Part shown: positions 29,217 to 39,023 of the stretch, piece after piece | How positions within the stretch are numbered: the stretch's first letter is position 1 | Layout: each line of letters begins with the position of its first letter | Origin: an uncultured Bacilli bacterium | GTDB lineage: Bacteria; Bacillota_I; Bacilli_A; RF39; UBA660 | DNA: 39,023 nucleotides | Direction: 5' to 3' | NCBI GenBank assembly: GCA_944358255.1 | Contig: CALVQQ010000004.1 | Span: 1-39,023 of the forward strand | Program-made: the position numbers and the translations under genes | The notes under the pieces: generated by a model | What the model was told of the DNA's origin: nothing | The model's input: the letters and a program-made list of their open reading frames with translations, nothing else | The model's database searches: none

Positions 29217-30407
29217 TTACATTTTTAATTTGCCTTTAAATCCTTTACCACCTTTTAAGCCATTTACATTTTCTAAAATATTACTTTCAAAAGAATAAAT
29301 TTTTTTCTTCTTTTTCTTATAATTTTTGATGGCTAAAGTAATCAAATCATCTAACAAAGTCTTATAATCTTTTCCACTTTCCTTCCACAAATAAAATGAC
29401 AATGATCCCGGTATTATATTCGGTTCATTTACATAAACTTTGCTATTATTATTGTCAACCAAATAATCAATTCTAACCACACCAGATAAATTAAATAACC
29501 TAAAAACCTTTAACGACAACTCATTTATCTCACGCGTTAACTTATCACTTATTCTTGCTGGAACAATCCTATTTGTATTAGCCATACCTTTACCTTTGGA
29601 ACCCTTTTCCCCACCAATATATTTATCTTTATAACTTAAAAACTCATCTACTCCCATAACTTCTTCTAACGCACTTACTTCAGCATATTCACTGTTTCCA
29701 AGTACACTTGCATTCACTTCAATTAAATTATCAATAACTTTTTCAACAACTATTTTTTCATCATATTTTACTGCCTCGACAATCGATTGCTTTAGCTCAT
29801 CAACATTATGCGCAACAGAAATACCGACGCTACTACCTAATCTAGCGGGCTTAACAATAACTGGAAAATTTAGTTTTAAAATATCAGTAATAACTTTATC
29901 TTCATCGTTAACATACTCATAATCGTAAAACCAAGCATAATCAACAATTGGCAATCCTTCACCTTTCATCAATTGTTTCATCACTACTTTATCCTGTCCT
30001 ATAGCAGAACCCAAAATTCCACTACCAACGTAAGGAATACCTATACTTTCCAAATATCCGACAATTGACCCATCTTCAACATTAACTCCATGGACTATTG
30101 GAAAAGCTATATCTATTTTATCTTCAACGCGTTTAAAAAAACCCTTTTCTCTTAATAGCCAAAACTCATCTTTAAATTTACACAACGCAACAGGAATAAT
30201 ATTTTTAAATAAAAAATCACTATTCTTATAATTATCAATATTTAAAAGTTCCATACCAGTATACCAATTCCTATTCTTATCAATATATATAGGAACAACC
30301 TCATACTTATCCTCATTAATATTTTTTATTGCCTGCAAAGCACTAATAATACTCACTTCATGTTCAACAGTTTCACCACCAAAAATAACACCAACTTTTA
30401 TTTTCAT
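29217..30407 (-). CDS. ddl: D-alanine--D-alanine ligase
   Basis: FGGETVEHEVSIISA, HGVNVEDG, VKPARLGSSVGI, RIDYL, NEPNIIPG; omega loop SYKDKY. Confidence 0.93.
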   Translation of the reverse strand: MKIKVGVIFGGETVEHEVSIISALQAIKNINEDKYEVVPIYIDKNRNWYTGMELLNIDNYKNSDFLFKNIIPVALCKFKDEFWLLREKGFFKRVEDKIDIAFPIVHGVNVEDGSIVGYLESIGIPYVGSGILGSAIGQDKVVMKQLMKGEGLPIVDYAWFYDYEYVNDEDKVITDILKLNFPVIVKPARLGSSVGISVAHNVDELKQSIVEAVKYDEKIVVEKVIDNLIEVNASVLGNSEYAEVSALEEVMGVDEFLSYKDKYIGGEKGSKGKGMANTNRIVPARISDKLTREINELSLKVFRLFNLSGVVRIDYLVDNNNSKVYVNEPNIIPGSLSFYLWKESGKDYKTLLDDLITLAIKNYKKKKKKIYSFESNILENVNGLKGGKGFKGKLKM

Positions 30408-30409
30408 AA

Positions 30410-31999
30410 CTAACTCCTTTCACTAAATAAATCAGGTAAATCATTTTCCAAAAGCACATAAGTACTATTTTCTCTTAACTTTTTTATTAACATAAATGCA
30501 TCTTTAACATCATTTAACACATGAACTTTTTTCATATCAAACCCAGACTCTTTAAGACCATCATAAATATATTGTGTCGCCTTTTTTCCAATTAATATAA
30601 CCTCATCAGTTTTTCCTATCATATACTGTCCAAATTCTTTATTTAATCTATTTTGTTCAGAGCCTAATTCAATCATCCCAGGAGTAACAACAATTCTTTT
30701 ACCATTCATCATAGACAAAACGTCAAGTGCCATTTTAGACCCAACCGGATTAGAATTATAAGCATCGTCGATAATATAAATACCATTCACAGATTTAAGT
30801 TCCAATCTATGTTCAACCGGTTCAACTTTTTTAACTGCATATATTAATTGATCAACACTTATCCCCAGTTCCTTTCCAAGAGCAATACCAGAAAGAATAT
30901 TATAAACATTTGCTTTTCCTAATAACTTAGTTTCAAACTTATACTTATTACTATCACCCTTAAAAAGGCAAGTAAAAGTTGTCCCCTTATTAGTTAAATG
31001 AATATCTTCAGCATAAACATCAACATTTTTATTATCAATACCAATCCACAATATTTTAACATTATTTTTCAAATTATAATTTAACTGTAACTCATCATCA
31101 CCATTTAAAATAGCAACACCATCAGAAGGCAAACTCTCAATAAGTTCAAATTTAGTCTTTTGAATATTCTCTTGAGACAAAAATGTTTCCAAATGAGCAG
31201 TACCTATTTTAGTCAAAACACCATAAGTAGGATGAACCAAATCACACAATTCTTTAATTTCACCAACCCTACATGCACCCATTTCAGCAATAAAATAATC
31301 ATTAAATTTATCCAAGTAATTATTAATTGTAAGCATCAATCCATTAGGCGTATTATAATTTTTAGGCGTTGGAAACGAGTTAAATTTGACATTCAAAATA
31401 TCATTTATAATATTTTTACTACTTGTCTTACCATAACTACCAGTTATACCAATTACTTTCATATTTTTCATATTATCAAGTTTATTAACCGCTTTATTTC
31501 TATAATATAAAAACACACACTTTTCAATAGGCTTATTAATCAAATTTACAAGCATAATTATTACGTATAATAAATAAACAAAAAAACCTAACAACAAATA
31601 ATAAATATTAATAAAGTAAAAATCAAAAACTAAAAATATAACGAGCAACAAAACAAATAATAACAAATATAAAGTAAAAAACATTCTTTTAACCCTTGAA
31701 GTAAAAACTAACGGCTTTTTACTTTCCTTATTAAAACTTAATTTATAACCAAAATACAATATTAAATATATAATAAAAAATATTATTGTTGATAACTTAA
31801 AATTTATAAACATAAACAAAGTAAAAAACAAAAATATCAAATCACATGTCAAAAAAGTACTAAAAAAATTATTTTTAAGCCAATTACAATAAGAATCATA
31901 ATAATATCTATTTTGTTGATACATATGCATAACACGTTTACTTTTTATATCAAAATACATCAAATATGGAATCAAAGAAACAACAAAATACCAAATCAT
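30410..31999 (-). CDS. murF: UDP-MurNAc-tripeptide--D-Ala-D-Ala ligase with N-terminal TM region
   Basis: GITGSYGKTS, NYNTPNG, EMGA, DDAYNSNP, TPGMIELG. Confidence 0.9.
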   Translation of the reverse strand: MIWYFVVSLIPYLMYFDIKSKRVMHMYQQNRYYYDSYCNWLKNNFFSTFLTCDLIFLFFTLFMFINFKLSTIIFFIIYLILYFGYKLSFNKESKKPLVFTSRVKRMFFTLYLLLFVLLLVIFLVFDFYFINIYYLLLGFFVYLLYVIIMLVNLINKPIEKCVFLYYRNKAVNKLDNMKNMKVIGITGSYGKTSSKNIINDILNVKFNSFPTPKNYNTPNGLMLTINNYLDKFNDYFIAEMGACRVGEIKELCDLVHPTYGVLTKIGTAHLETFLSQENIQKTKFELIESLPSDGVAILNGDDELQLNYNLKNNVKILWIGIDNKNVDVYAEDIHLTNKGTTFTCLFKGDSNKYKFETKLLGKANVYNILSGIALGKELGISVDQLIYAVKKVEPVEHRLELKSVNGIYIIDDAYNSNPVGSKMALDVLSMMNGKRIVVTPGMIELGSEQNRLNKEFGQYMIGKTDEVILIGKKATQYIYDGLKESGFDMKKVHVLNDVKDAFMLIKKLRENSTYVLLENDLPDLFSERS

Positions 32000-32748
32000 T
32001 TATTACCTCCAAAAAAAGACTTTAAAATTTTGACACAATCATATAAATGTTCTAAATAAGCATAATGACTAGCTCCTTCAAATTTAATTACAGCCGAATC
32101 TTTAATTAGTTTTTCTAGTTCATAAGCTTCTTCTATACTTACAGCAGAATCATTTGTTCCCCAAATAATTAATGTAGGGCAATTTATTAATTTAACATCT
32201 TTACATATATCAGTATTAACTGTATTAACTAAAACCTTCCTCATCATATCACTTGCATTTCTATAATCAGTAGACCCGACATACTTTTTCATAACATTTC
32301 CAATTTGTTTTAAACCAGGAATTTTCATCATAAACTTCAATGTTTTAATTTTCAAAGAAAGCTCTTCAACATCTTTTTTAAAAGGGCTTGCCAACACAAC
32401 TAATTTATCTACTTTATACTTACTCGCATAGACAAGAGAAACTTTACCACCAAAAGAATGGCCAATTAAAGAAATATTTTTCAATTTCAAATGCTTTACC
32501 AATTCATTTAAAGCATCAGCATAATCATAAACGCTCCACGAATAAGTTGGCTCACTACTCAATCCAAACCCAGGCAAATCAACAATTAAAACATCATAAT
32601 CATTTTTAAAATTATCAGCGAGGCACTTCATCATCTCAATATTTTGTCCCCATCCATGTAAAAAAATAAGCGTGTCGCCATCCGCATTACCATATAAAAC
32701 ATAATTAATATTCACATCATTAACCTTAAAAGTCATCAAACCACCCAA
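31996..32748 (-). CDS. Alpha/beta hydrolase
   Basis: LHGWG, DLPGFG, GHSFGG, WGTND, SHY; overlaps the murF start. Confidence 0.9.
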   Translation of the reverse strand: MGGLMTFKVNDVNINYVLYGNADGDTLIFLHGWGQNIEMMKCLADNFKNDYDVLIVDLPGFGLSSEPTYSWSVYDYADALNELVKHLKLKNISLIGHSFGGKVSLVYASKYKVDKLVVLASPFKKDVEELSLKIKTLKFMMKIPGLKQIGNVMKKYVGSTDYRNASDMMRKVLVNTVNTDICKDVKLINCPTLIIWGTNDSAVSIEEAYELEKLIKDSAVIKFEGASHYAYLEHLYDCVKILKSFFGGNK

Positions 32749-32850
32749 TATATTTTATTTAGTATTACACATTAATTATAACATATTTTTTTAAAAAATT
32801 GACAGTTAAGATACAATTTGTTAATATATTAACTCAAATAAGGGGGAATT

Positions 32851-33636
32851 ATGAGAGAAATTGTTTTAACTAATGACCTAAAAAAACAAATATTAACGCC
32901 GGATAACTTTTTAGGTAAAGGCAATGAAGGCAGAGTTTTTAAATATTCAAACAGTGAAACCATAAAAATATATTTTGGTGTTTTTGGTGATTACATTTTT
33001 CATTCAGATAGACAACCAAACGATATTGAATTAGATGCAAGCGAAACATATCACAATCGTATTTTAGATTTAGAATTAAGACAAAATCTAATTGGAAGAA
33101 CAAGTTTACCTAAAGGAAGGGTTACATTAAATGGATTAACGATTGGATGTATATTAAAATACCATGATGATCATTTTCCACTAGTAATGCATTATTTTGA
33201 AGATGATGAAACTGTTTTAAAAACCTTTAGAGAAGTATGTAAATCAGTAAATGAATTAACCACATACTGTATTTATCCGACCGATGTACATGAACAAAAT
33301 ATTCTTCTTGAAAAAAAGACAAATATGCCAGAATTAATAGACGTCGATGGTGAATACATACACATAACAGATTTACCAAGTCAAAGTGATGAAGACGAAA
33401 CTTATTACAAAACAATGTTACTAATTATTAACTACATTAGACTTAAAAAAAGCAATAATCCTGCAATGAGTGATGAAGAGGTCTTTGAAAGTATAAATAT
33501 CTCCCCAGAGTTTACACAACTACTACTACGATTTAATCCAAGTTATGAAGAAGTAATGGAATTAATAGATTATCTATCAAAAGACAAAATCCTAGAAAAA
33601 GCACCCACATATAGACTAATAAAAAGACCATTTTAA
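32851..33636 (+). CDS. Soluble protein-kinase-like protein
   Basis: Gly loop LGKGNEGRVF, IKIY, catalytic loop TDVHEQNILL, LIDVD. Confidence 0.7.
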   Translation: MREIVLTNDLKKQILTPDNFLGKGNEGRVFKYSNSETIKIYFGVFGDYIFHSDRQPNDIELDASETYHNRILDLELRQNLIGRTSLPKGRVTLNGLTIGCILKYHDDHFPLVMHYFEDDETVLKTFREVCKSVNELTTYCIYPTDVHEQNILLEKKTNMPELIDVDGEYIHITDLPSQSDEDETYYKTMLLIINYIRLKKSNNPAMSDEEVFESINISPEFTQLLLRFNPSYEEVMELIDYLSKDKILEKAPTYRLIKRPF

Positions 33637-33686
33637 TATACACAAAGTAACATTAAATGATATAATATAAAATATAGGAGGAAAAG

Positions 33687-35096
33687 ATGTTAAAGATATA
33701 TAATACACTTACCAGAAACAAAGACGAATTTAAAAGTATCCACGAAAAGAAAGTCGGATTATATGTCTGTGGTCCAACCGTATACGGCTATCCACATCTA
33801 GGCCATGCTAAAAGTTATATAACATTTGATGTAATACACAGATATTTAAAATATTTAGGTTACGATGTAAAATACGTTCAAAATATAACTGATGTAGGAC
33901 ATCTAGTTGGAGATGTAGATGATGGCGAAGATAAAATTGAAAAACAAGCAAAAATAGAACAAACAGACCCGGTTGCCATAGCATATAATTACGAGAATAT
34001 ATATTTTGATTGTATGGACAAATTAAATATAGAAAGGCCAACAATCAGTTGCCGTGCTACGGGACACATCATCGAAATAATTGAAGCCGTAAAAACTTTA
34101 ATAGAAAAAGGATATGCATACGTAACTGACGAAAGAAACGTTTACTATCGAGTAAAAAAATTTAAAGGTTACGGAAAACTATCAGGAAGAAACATAGAAG
34201 AAAATTTAAGTGGCGAGCGAATTGAAGTTAAAAATGACAAAGAAAGCCCAGAAGACTTTGCTTTATGGAAACATGCAGAAAAAGGCCACATAATGAAATG
34301 GCCAAGTCCATGGGGAGAAGGATATCCTGGATGGCACATTGAATGTTCAATTATGTCAAAAAAATATTTAGGAGAAACATTTGATATACATGGTGGTGGA
34401 ATGGACAACATTTTCCCGCATCACGAATGCGAAATTGCACAATCAGAAGCACTAAATGACAAACCATTTGTTAACTACTTTATACATAACAATCTAGTAA
34501 CAGTTAATGGTCAAAAAATGGGAAAATCACTAGGAAATTTCATTACATTACCAGATTTATTCAAAGAATATGAACCTAAAATAATAAGATTTTATGTGTT
34601 ATTAACACAATATAGAAGACCAACAGATTTTGAAAAAGAAAAAATAGAAGAATCTATTAAAAATTACGAAAAAATAGAAAAAACATATTTTAAAATAAAA
34701 AAAGAAACAAAAAATTTAGAATCAATTGAAAAAGATGAAGAAATAGAAAACATAAAAAGAGATTTTTTAAATGCAATGGATGATGATTTCAATACATCCC
34801 TAGCAATAAGTCACATATATGAACTAATTAAAATAGCTAACTCAGAACTAAACAAAAATGACAAAGACTTAAACAAATTAAAAAATATTGAAAATGTTTT
34901 AGATGAATGCGCAGTGAACATTTTAGGTTTAAAATTTGAAGAAAAAGAAGAAAACAAAACAGACGAAAAATTATTAGAATACATTTTAAATTTAAGAAAT
35001 CAACTAAGACAAAACAAAAATTTTGAACTTAGCGATCAAATAAGAGATGATTTAACAAAACTAGGATATGAAGTAAATGATAAAAAATCGAACTAA
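33687..35096 (+). CDS. cysS: Cysteine--tRNA ligase
   Basis: YVCGPTVY, HLGH, DFALWK, PGWHIECS, FPHHECEIAQ, KMGKS. Confidence 0.98.
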   Translation: MLKIYNTLTRNKDEFKSIHEKKVGLYVCGPTVYGYPHLGHAKSYITFDVIHRYLKYLGYDVKYVQNITDVGHLVGDVDDGEDKIEKQAKIEQTDPVAIAYNYENIYFDCMDKLNIERPTISCRATGHIIEIIEAVKTLIEKGYAYVTDERNVYYRVKKFKGYGKLSGRNIEENLSGERIEVKNDKESPEDFALWKHAEKGHIMKWPSPWGEGYPGWHIECSIMSKKYLGETFDIHGGGMDNIFPHHECEIAQSEALNDKPFVNYFIHNNLVTVNGQKMGKSLGNFITLPDLFKEYEPKIIRFYVLLTQYRRPTDFEKEKIEESIKNYEKIEKTYFKIKKETKNLESIEKDEEIENIKRDFLNAMDDDFNTSLAISHIYELIKIANSELNKNDKDLNKLKNIENVLDECAVNILGLKFEEKEENKTDEKLLEYILNLRNQLRQNKNFELSDQIRDDLTKLGYEVNDKKSN

Positions 35097-35111
35097 AAAG
35101 TCCGATTTTTT
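35082..35111. terminator. Bidirectional terminator
   Basis: AAAAAATCGAACT-AAAA-AGTCCGATTTTTT between convergent genes. Confidence 0.75.
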
Positions 35112-36356
35112 TTAAAAATTAAACATCAACCATTCTGGCTTAAATAACATTAACAAGCCAATAATAATCATAATAACTCCACCAATTAAATGTGAATATT
35201 TAGTATATTTATTAGAAATACCTTTTATTTGTAAAGTCTTCATAGCTACAAAAAATATAACAATATCATCTAGCATAAAGAATAAAATATAAATTAAAAT
35301 ATAAATAGAATACTCTAAAACACTTAAATTATTTAAAGCAAGTACTTGTGTAAAAATAACAGGTAAACCTAAAGAACAAAGTAATTCTAGCACATTAACT
35401 GAAACTGCTAATAAAATAATTCCAATTAAAGAAAACACAAAATATTTCTGAGCCAAAATAACTTTAATTTTTTCCATTATCTTTTTTCTGCTCTTATCAT
35501 TAGTAACAGTACAACCAACATCAGAATTTTTATTTTTAAAGAAATTATAAATATTATAAACACCAAAAATAGTTGCAAAAGCAGCAATCATAATTCTTAT
35601 AGCATTAACACTAGAAACAAACACGGCCAAGTTGAGCCAAGAAACCATAAATAACAAATAAACTAACCCACTTGTTATCAAAAAAGTTAGCCCAAGTATC
35701 CACATTTTCTTCCTATCATTCATTCCGAACAACATAGAAATCAAGAAAATTAAAATCCACAACGCACAAGGATTAAAACCATCCACAAATCCCATCACAA
35801 CAGCTAACAAAGGCAAAGAAACAGATTTAGCATTTATCTCACCTAAAATTGGAACTTCATAATTATCCAAATCAGTATCTTCATGCACGTCCTGTTCCAC
35901 ATCATCTAATACCCCGTCATCAGTTGCTGTGTTTTTATCTGGCACAGTTTCCAAATTACTTTCATGAATACTAACACCCAAATACTTACCAATTTCATCT
36001 TCATAATCATTAGCCAAATAATAATTTATCAACGTTTCAATTCTCGAAGATAGCGAATCACTAAAACCAATTACAACATCATTACCAACAACTAAAAAAG
36101 GAACACCATTTGAATCATAATTTAAAATATTTTGAACTTCATAATACCTAGTCCTATTTTCACTATCACTTATCTCATAATCATATAATCTAACATTAGA
36201 ATGATTTTCCAAATACTCATCAAACCAAGCAAGTTCTTGTTTACAATGAGGACAAGTATTACTATGAAATAAATAAACATTAATATATTTATCTTCCGCA
36301 TTAACAAACGGAACAAATAAAAACAAACTTACTAAAAATACTACAATTCTTTTCAT
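35112..36356 (-). CDS. Extracytoplasmic glutaredoxin/thioredoxin domain fused to a CcdA/DsbD-like membrane domain
   Basis: Signal peptide, TCPHC, GVPF, membrane DGFNPCA and ELLCSLGLP. Confidence 0.8.
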   Translation of the reverse strand: MKRIVVFLVSLFLFVPFVNAEDKYINVYLFHSNTCPHCKQELAWFDEYLENHSNVRLYDYEISDSENRTRYYEVQNILNYDSNGVPFLVVGNDVVIGFSDSLSSRIETLINYYLANDYEDEIGKYLGVSIHESNLETVPDKNTATDDGVLDDVEQDVHEDTDLDNYEVPILGEINAKSVSLPLLAVVMGFVDGFNPCALWILIFLISMLFGMNDRKKMWILGLTFLITSGLVYLLFMVSWLNLAVFVSSVNAIRIMIAAFATIFGVYNIYNFFKNKNSDVGCTVTNDKSRKKIMEKIKVILAQKYFVFSLIGIILLAVSVNVLELLCSLGLPVIFTQVLALNNLSVLEYSIYILIYILFFMLDDIVIFFVAMKTLQIKGISNKYTKYSHLIGGVIMIIIGLLMLFKPEWLMFNF

Positions 36357-36634
36357 TTTAATTCTACTCCCAAATCCACTAAAATACCTTCAATTTCCTT
36401 TGTACTATGTTCACCATTAATTTTAACTAAAACTCTATTGTTATCATCTACAAATTCAATAATAGGCAATTTTTCATTTTCATCAAAGCCAATAAACTTA
36501 TCCCTATCATTATCATAATCATAAGAAACATAATTAAAATTATATAAGTCCTGTAATTTATTCAAAACATTATCCATAACTATACAACTCATACACCACG
36601 CCGCACTATATTTTATAACTTTAATAATAATCAC
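36353..36634 (-). CDS. Thioredoxin-family protein
   Basis: AAWCMSC, KLPII; overlaps the start of the CcdA-like gene; start uncertain (GTG 36634 or ATT near 36625). Confidence 0.8.
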   Translation of the reverse strand: MIIIKVIKYSAAWCMSCIVMDNVLNKLQDLYNFNYVSYDYDNDRDKFIGFDENEKLPIIEFVDDNNRVLVKINGEHSTKEIEGILVDLGVELK

Positions 36635-36721
36635 CTCATTAACTATAATTAAGTATACAAATTTTTTCATTTTTTGTAAACTTTTAAGTATTAAAATTAA
36701 AAAATTAAGTATAATTAAAAT

Positions 36722-37171
36722 ATGAAGAAAATTATTAATTTTTTTAGATTATTTTTACCAATCATTATAGGCGGAATAGTTGGAATCATAATAAAAAACT
36801 ATATTGATTACAGTTTAATAGAAAAGCCACCACTTAGTCCACCAAAATTAGCTTTTCCAATTGCTTGGAGTATTTTATATTTACTAATAGGCATTTCATA
36901 CTACATATACAGAAAAAACAATTATGACAAAAAAACCATACAAATTTACCGTATAGGACTAATACTCAATGCATTATGGTCTATAATATTCTTTGTACTA
37001 AAGCTCAGACTGTTATCAATAATCTGGATTATTGCACTAATTATTATCACAATTATTTTATTTATAAATTACAAAAAGCAAAACAAAACATCTGCATATT
37101 TACTAATTCCATACATAATATGGCTAACATATGCTACATACATAAATATAGGCGTATACATACTAAACTAG
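36722..37171 (+). CDS. tspO: TspO/MBR tryptophan-rich sensory protein
   Basis: KPPLSPP, FPIAWSILY, LNALWSIIFF, LLIPYIIWLTYATYIN. Confidence 0.9.
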   Translation: MKKIINFFRLFLPIIIGGIVGIIIKNYIDYSLIEKPPLSPPKLAFPIAWSILYLLIGISYYIYRKNNYDKKTIQIYRIGLILNALWSIIFFVLKLRLLSIIWIIALIIITIILFINYKKQNKTSAYLLIPYIIWLTYATYINIGVYILN

Positions 37172-37366
37172 TTATTTAAAAACATCATCCATTAACTTTT
37201 TGATACTAACTTTCCTATCGTTAGTATCTTTTTTTAAAATGTTAAGTTCAATTACATCCCCTTCTTTTACATTTGGAACTAAAGATAAAGATATTTGCCC
37301 CAAACTTTTATCAGGTAATTCCACAACCAAAAAATTATCAACAATCCTATCAACTATTACTTTCAT
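37172..37366 (-). CDS. DUF3006-like small protein
   Basis: MKVIVDRIVDNFLVVEL...VKEGDVI...IKKLMDDVF; GGAGG RBS; usual partner of ComEC-like MBL genes. Confidence 0.75.
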   Translation of the reverse strand: MKVIVDRIVDNFLVVELPDKSLGQISLSLVPNVKEGDVIELNILKKDTNDRKVSIKKLMDDVFK

Positions 37367-38219
37367 CTTGAACCTCCACACTAATATTATTTCCATCAGA
37401 AACCATAACAATATTACCATTAACACTTGTATTATAAACTTTTGCACCACTATTTTCCCATCTACTCACGACCTCATCACTAGGCAAATCATATTGATTA
37501 TCAACGCCAGACATAATAACTGCATATTTAGCTCCGACACTTTCAACAAAATCGCTGCTAGAAGAGGAATCACTTCCATGATGTCCAACCTTCACCACAT
37601 CGGCACTCACTTCACTCAAAATCTCATTCTCAACAACCTTTTCAGCATCTCCCATAAAAAGAAAACTTGTATTTCCAAAAATAACTTTTATCACAACAGA
37701 ATAATTATTGAGTTCACTATACTCTTCATGTATAGGAGATAATATTTTTACCAATAAACCATCTTCATCAATAATTAAAGTACCAGCCTTCGCATTATTA
37801 ACTTTATAACCACGTTCACTAATAGCAGTAAGCAAATCTTCATAGGTTTTACTAGTATGAACAACCTTTGGCAAATATATCTCACCAACATTATAATTTA
37901 AAATAATACTCTCCAAGCCACCTATATGGTCAGTATGAGGATGTGTACCAATTACATAATCTAAACTACTAAAACCCCTTTGACGAATAAAACTTTGAAC
38001 TGTATCGTTCTCATAGCTTTCTCCAGCATCTATTAACATATTTTTACCATTTGGAAATTCCATCAAAATAGAATCCCCTTGCCCTACATCAATAAAATTA
38101 ACAACTAGTTTTCCCTCAAAATCAGTATAACTAGCGAAACTGAAATCACCATAATACTTTGCAATCAAAGCAATAAAAACAATAAATAAAAATATCAAAA
38201 ACTTTTTAAAATACTTCAT
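37350..38219 (-). CDS. ComEC/Rec2-like MBL-fold hydrolase
   Basis: FIDVGQGDS, LIDAG, THPHTDHIGG, NNYS, LFMGDAE, KVGHHGS; N-terminal anchor. Confidence 0.9.
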   Translation of the reverse strand: MKYFKKFLIFLFIVFIALIAKYYGDFSFASYTDFEGKLVVNFIDVGQGDSILMEFPNGKNMLIDAGESYENDTVQSFIRQRGFSSLDYVIGTHPHTDHIGGLESIILNYNVGEIYLPKVVHTSKTYEDLLTAISERGYKVNNAKAGTLIIDEDGLLVKILSPIHEEYSELNNYSVVIKVIFGNTSFLFMGDAEKVVENEILSEVSADVVKVGHHGSDSSSSSDFVESVGAKYAVIMSGVDNQYDLPSDEVVSRWENSGAKVYNTSVNGNIVMVSDGNNISVEVQDESNS

Positions 38220-38298
38220 ATCATCTCACTATAACAATTATAACATAAAAACCTAAACTTATTATTTAAAATATGATATCATAAATAAAGGTGATACA

Positions 38299-39023
38299 AT
38301 GGAAGATATAATAAAATATATTAACATATATGGAAATTGCACATTTGGAGAAAAACAATTCAATGAAATCGACAATATATTATTTTCACTAATAGTATAT
38401 TTAAATTTTGAAGGACTATTTAAAAACAAAATAACTATAGAAGAAATATCAAAACTATATTTTCAAAAATTTAATGAAAATAAAATCAATAGTTTTAGTT
38501 CATTTCATAGAAAAATAACAAAATTGCTAAAATTGATGTCTACAAAAACAAGATTTAAAAACGTTGAAATTTATGACTACATAAAAATAAAAGAAAATAC
38601 ACAATTTGGGGCAATGAGTTTTAGATTTAACAAAAATGAACTTTATATATCATATGAAGGAACAGATAGTTCTTTAATTGGCTGGAAAGAAAACTTTGAA
38701 ACATCTTATAAATTCCCAATAAAGTCACAAGAAGAATCAATTAAATATATAAATGTAGCAACAAAGAAAAAAGACAAAATCATTTACATCGGTGGCCATT
38801 CAAAAGGCGGCAACCTTGCCATGTGTGCTGGAATGTATGCCAAAACAGAAATAAAGAAAAAAATCAAAAAAATATATAACAACGATGGTCCTGGATTTAA
38901 TATAGAACAATTTAATAGCAAAGATTGGAACAACATACAAAACAAACTCATTACTATCGCGCCTGAAGATAGTATAGTTGCCTACCTTTTAAATCACCAA
39001 AACAATATCAAAATCATTAAAAG
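38299..39023 (+). CDS. DUF2974 (Mbeg1-like) lipase-fold protein, 3'-truncated by the window edge
   Basis: Not in the ORF track. ATG 38299 with AAGGTG RBS; FNEIDNILFS, TQFGAM, SYEGTDSSLIGWKENF, GGHSKGGNLA, NNDGPGF. Confidence 0.85.
   Translation, partial: MEDIIKYINIYGNCTFGEKQFNEIDNILFSLIVYLNFEGLFKNKITIEEISKLYFQKFNENKINSFSSFHRKITKLLKLMSTKTRFKNVEIYDYIKIKENTQFGAMSFRFNKNELYISYEGTDSSLIGWKENFETSYKFPIKSQEESIKYINVATKKKDKIIYIGGHSKGGNLAMCAGMYAKTEIKKKIKKIYNNDGPGFNIEQFNSKDWNNIQNKLITIAPEDSIVAYLLNHQNNIKIIK

Noticed and set aside
33637..33686. T-box riboswitch upstream of cysS
   Set aside because: Only 50 nt intergenic, with a -10 and RBS and no T-box motif.

Overview
Very AT-rich chromosomal window read in standard code 11 (TGA is stop). 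It comes from a walled, probably genome-reduced member of the Bacillota; an uncultured RF39-like Bacilli origin is my inference, not a search result. Left to right: (1) a Tad/Flp-type pilus or secretion locus (tadC/tadB/cpaF/cpaB-like) preceded by a pseudopilin-like gene, a 1008-aa Cys-rich secreted protein with a possible thioester domain, two paralogous membrane proteins and a divergent solo HerA-like ATPase; (2) an unusually long class B sortase divergent from an NPKTG-anchored vWA-like protein, then queG; (3) a ~8.95 kb integrative mobilizable element (15202-24156) inserted at the 3' end of tRNA-Gly(TCC), with a large serine recombinase, a MOBV relaxase, a Panacea-type toxin-antitoxin pair and, as cargo, a LysR-divergent coaE(frameshifted)-coaD-MBL hydrolase-PHP phosphatase operon; (4) housekeeping and envelope genes (OGG1-like glycosylase, LTA synthase, glmS with its ribozyme, ddl, murF, cysS, thioredoxin/CcdA-like, TspO, ComEC-like MBL, DUF2974 lipase). 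The best candidates for something undescribed are the mobile CoA salvage/recycling cassette, the uORF-terminator leader in front of the recombinase, and the Tad-associated Cys-rich adhesin module. All product calls come from motif recognition by eye; no database search was run.
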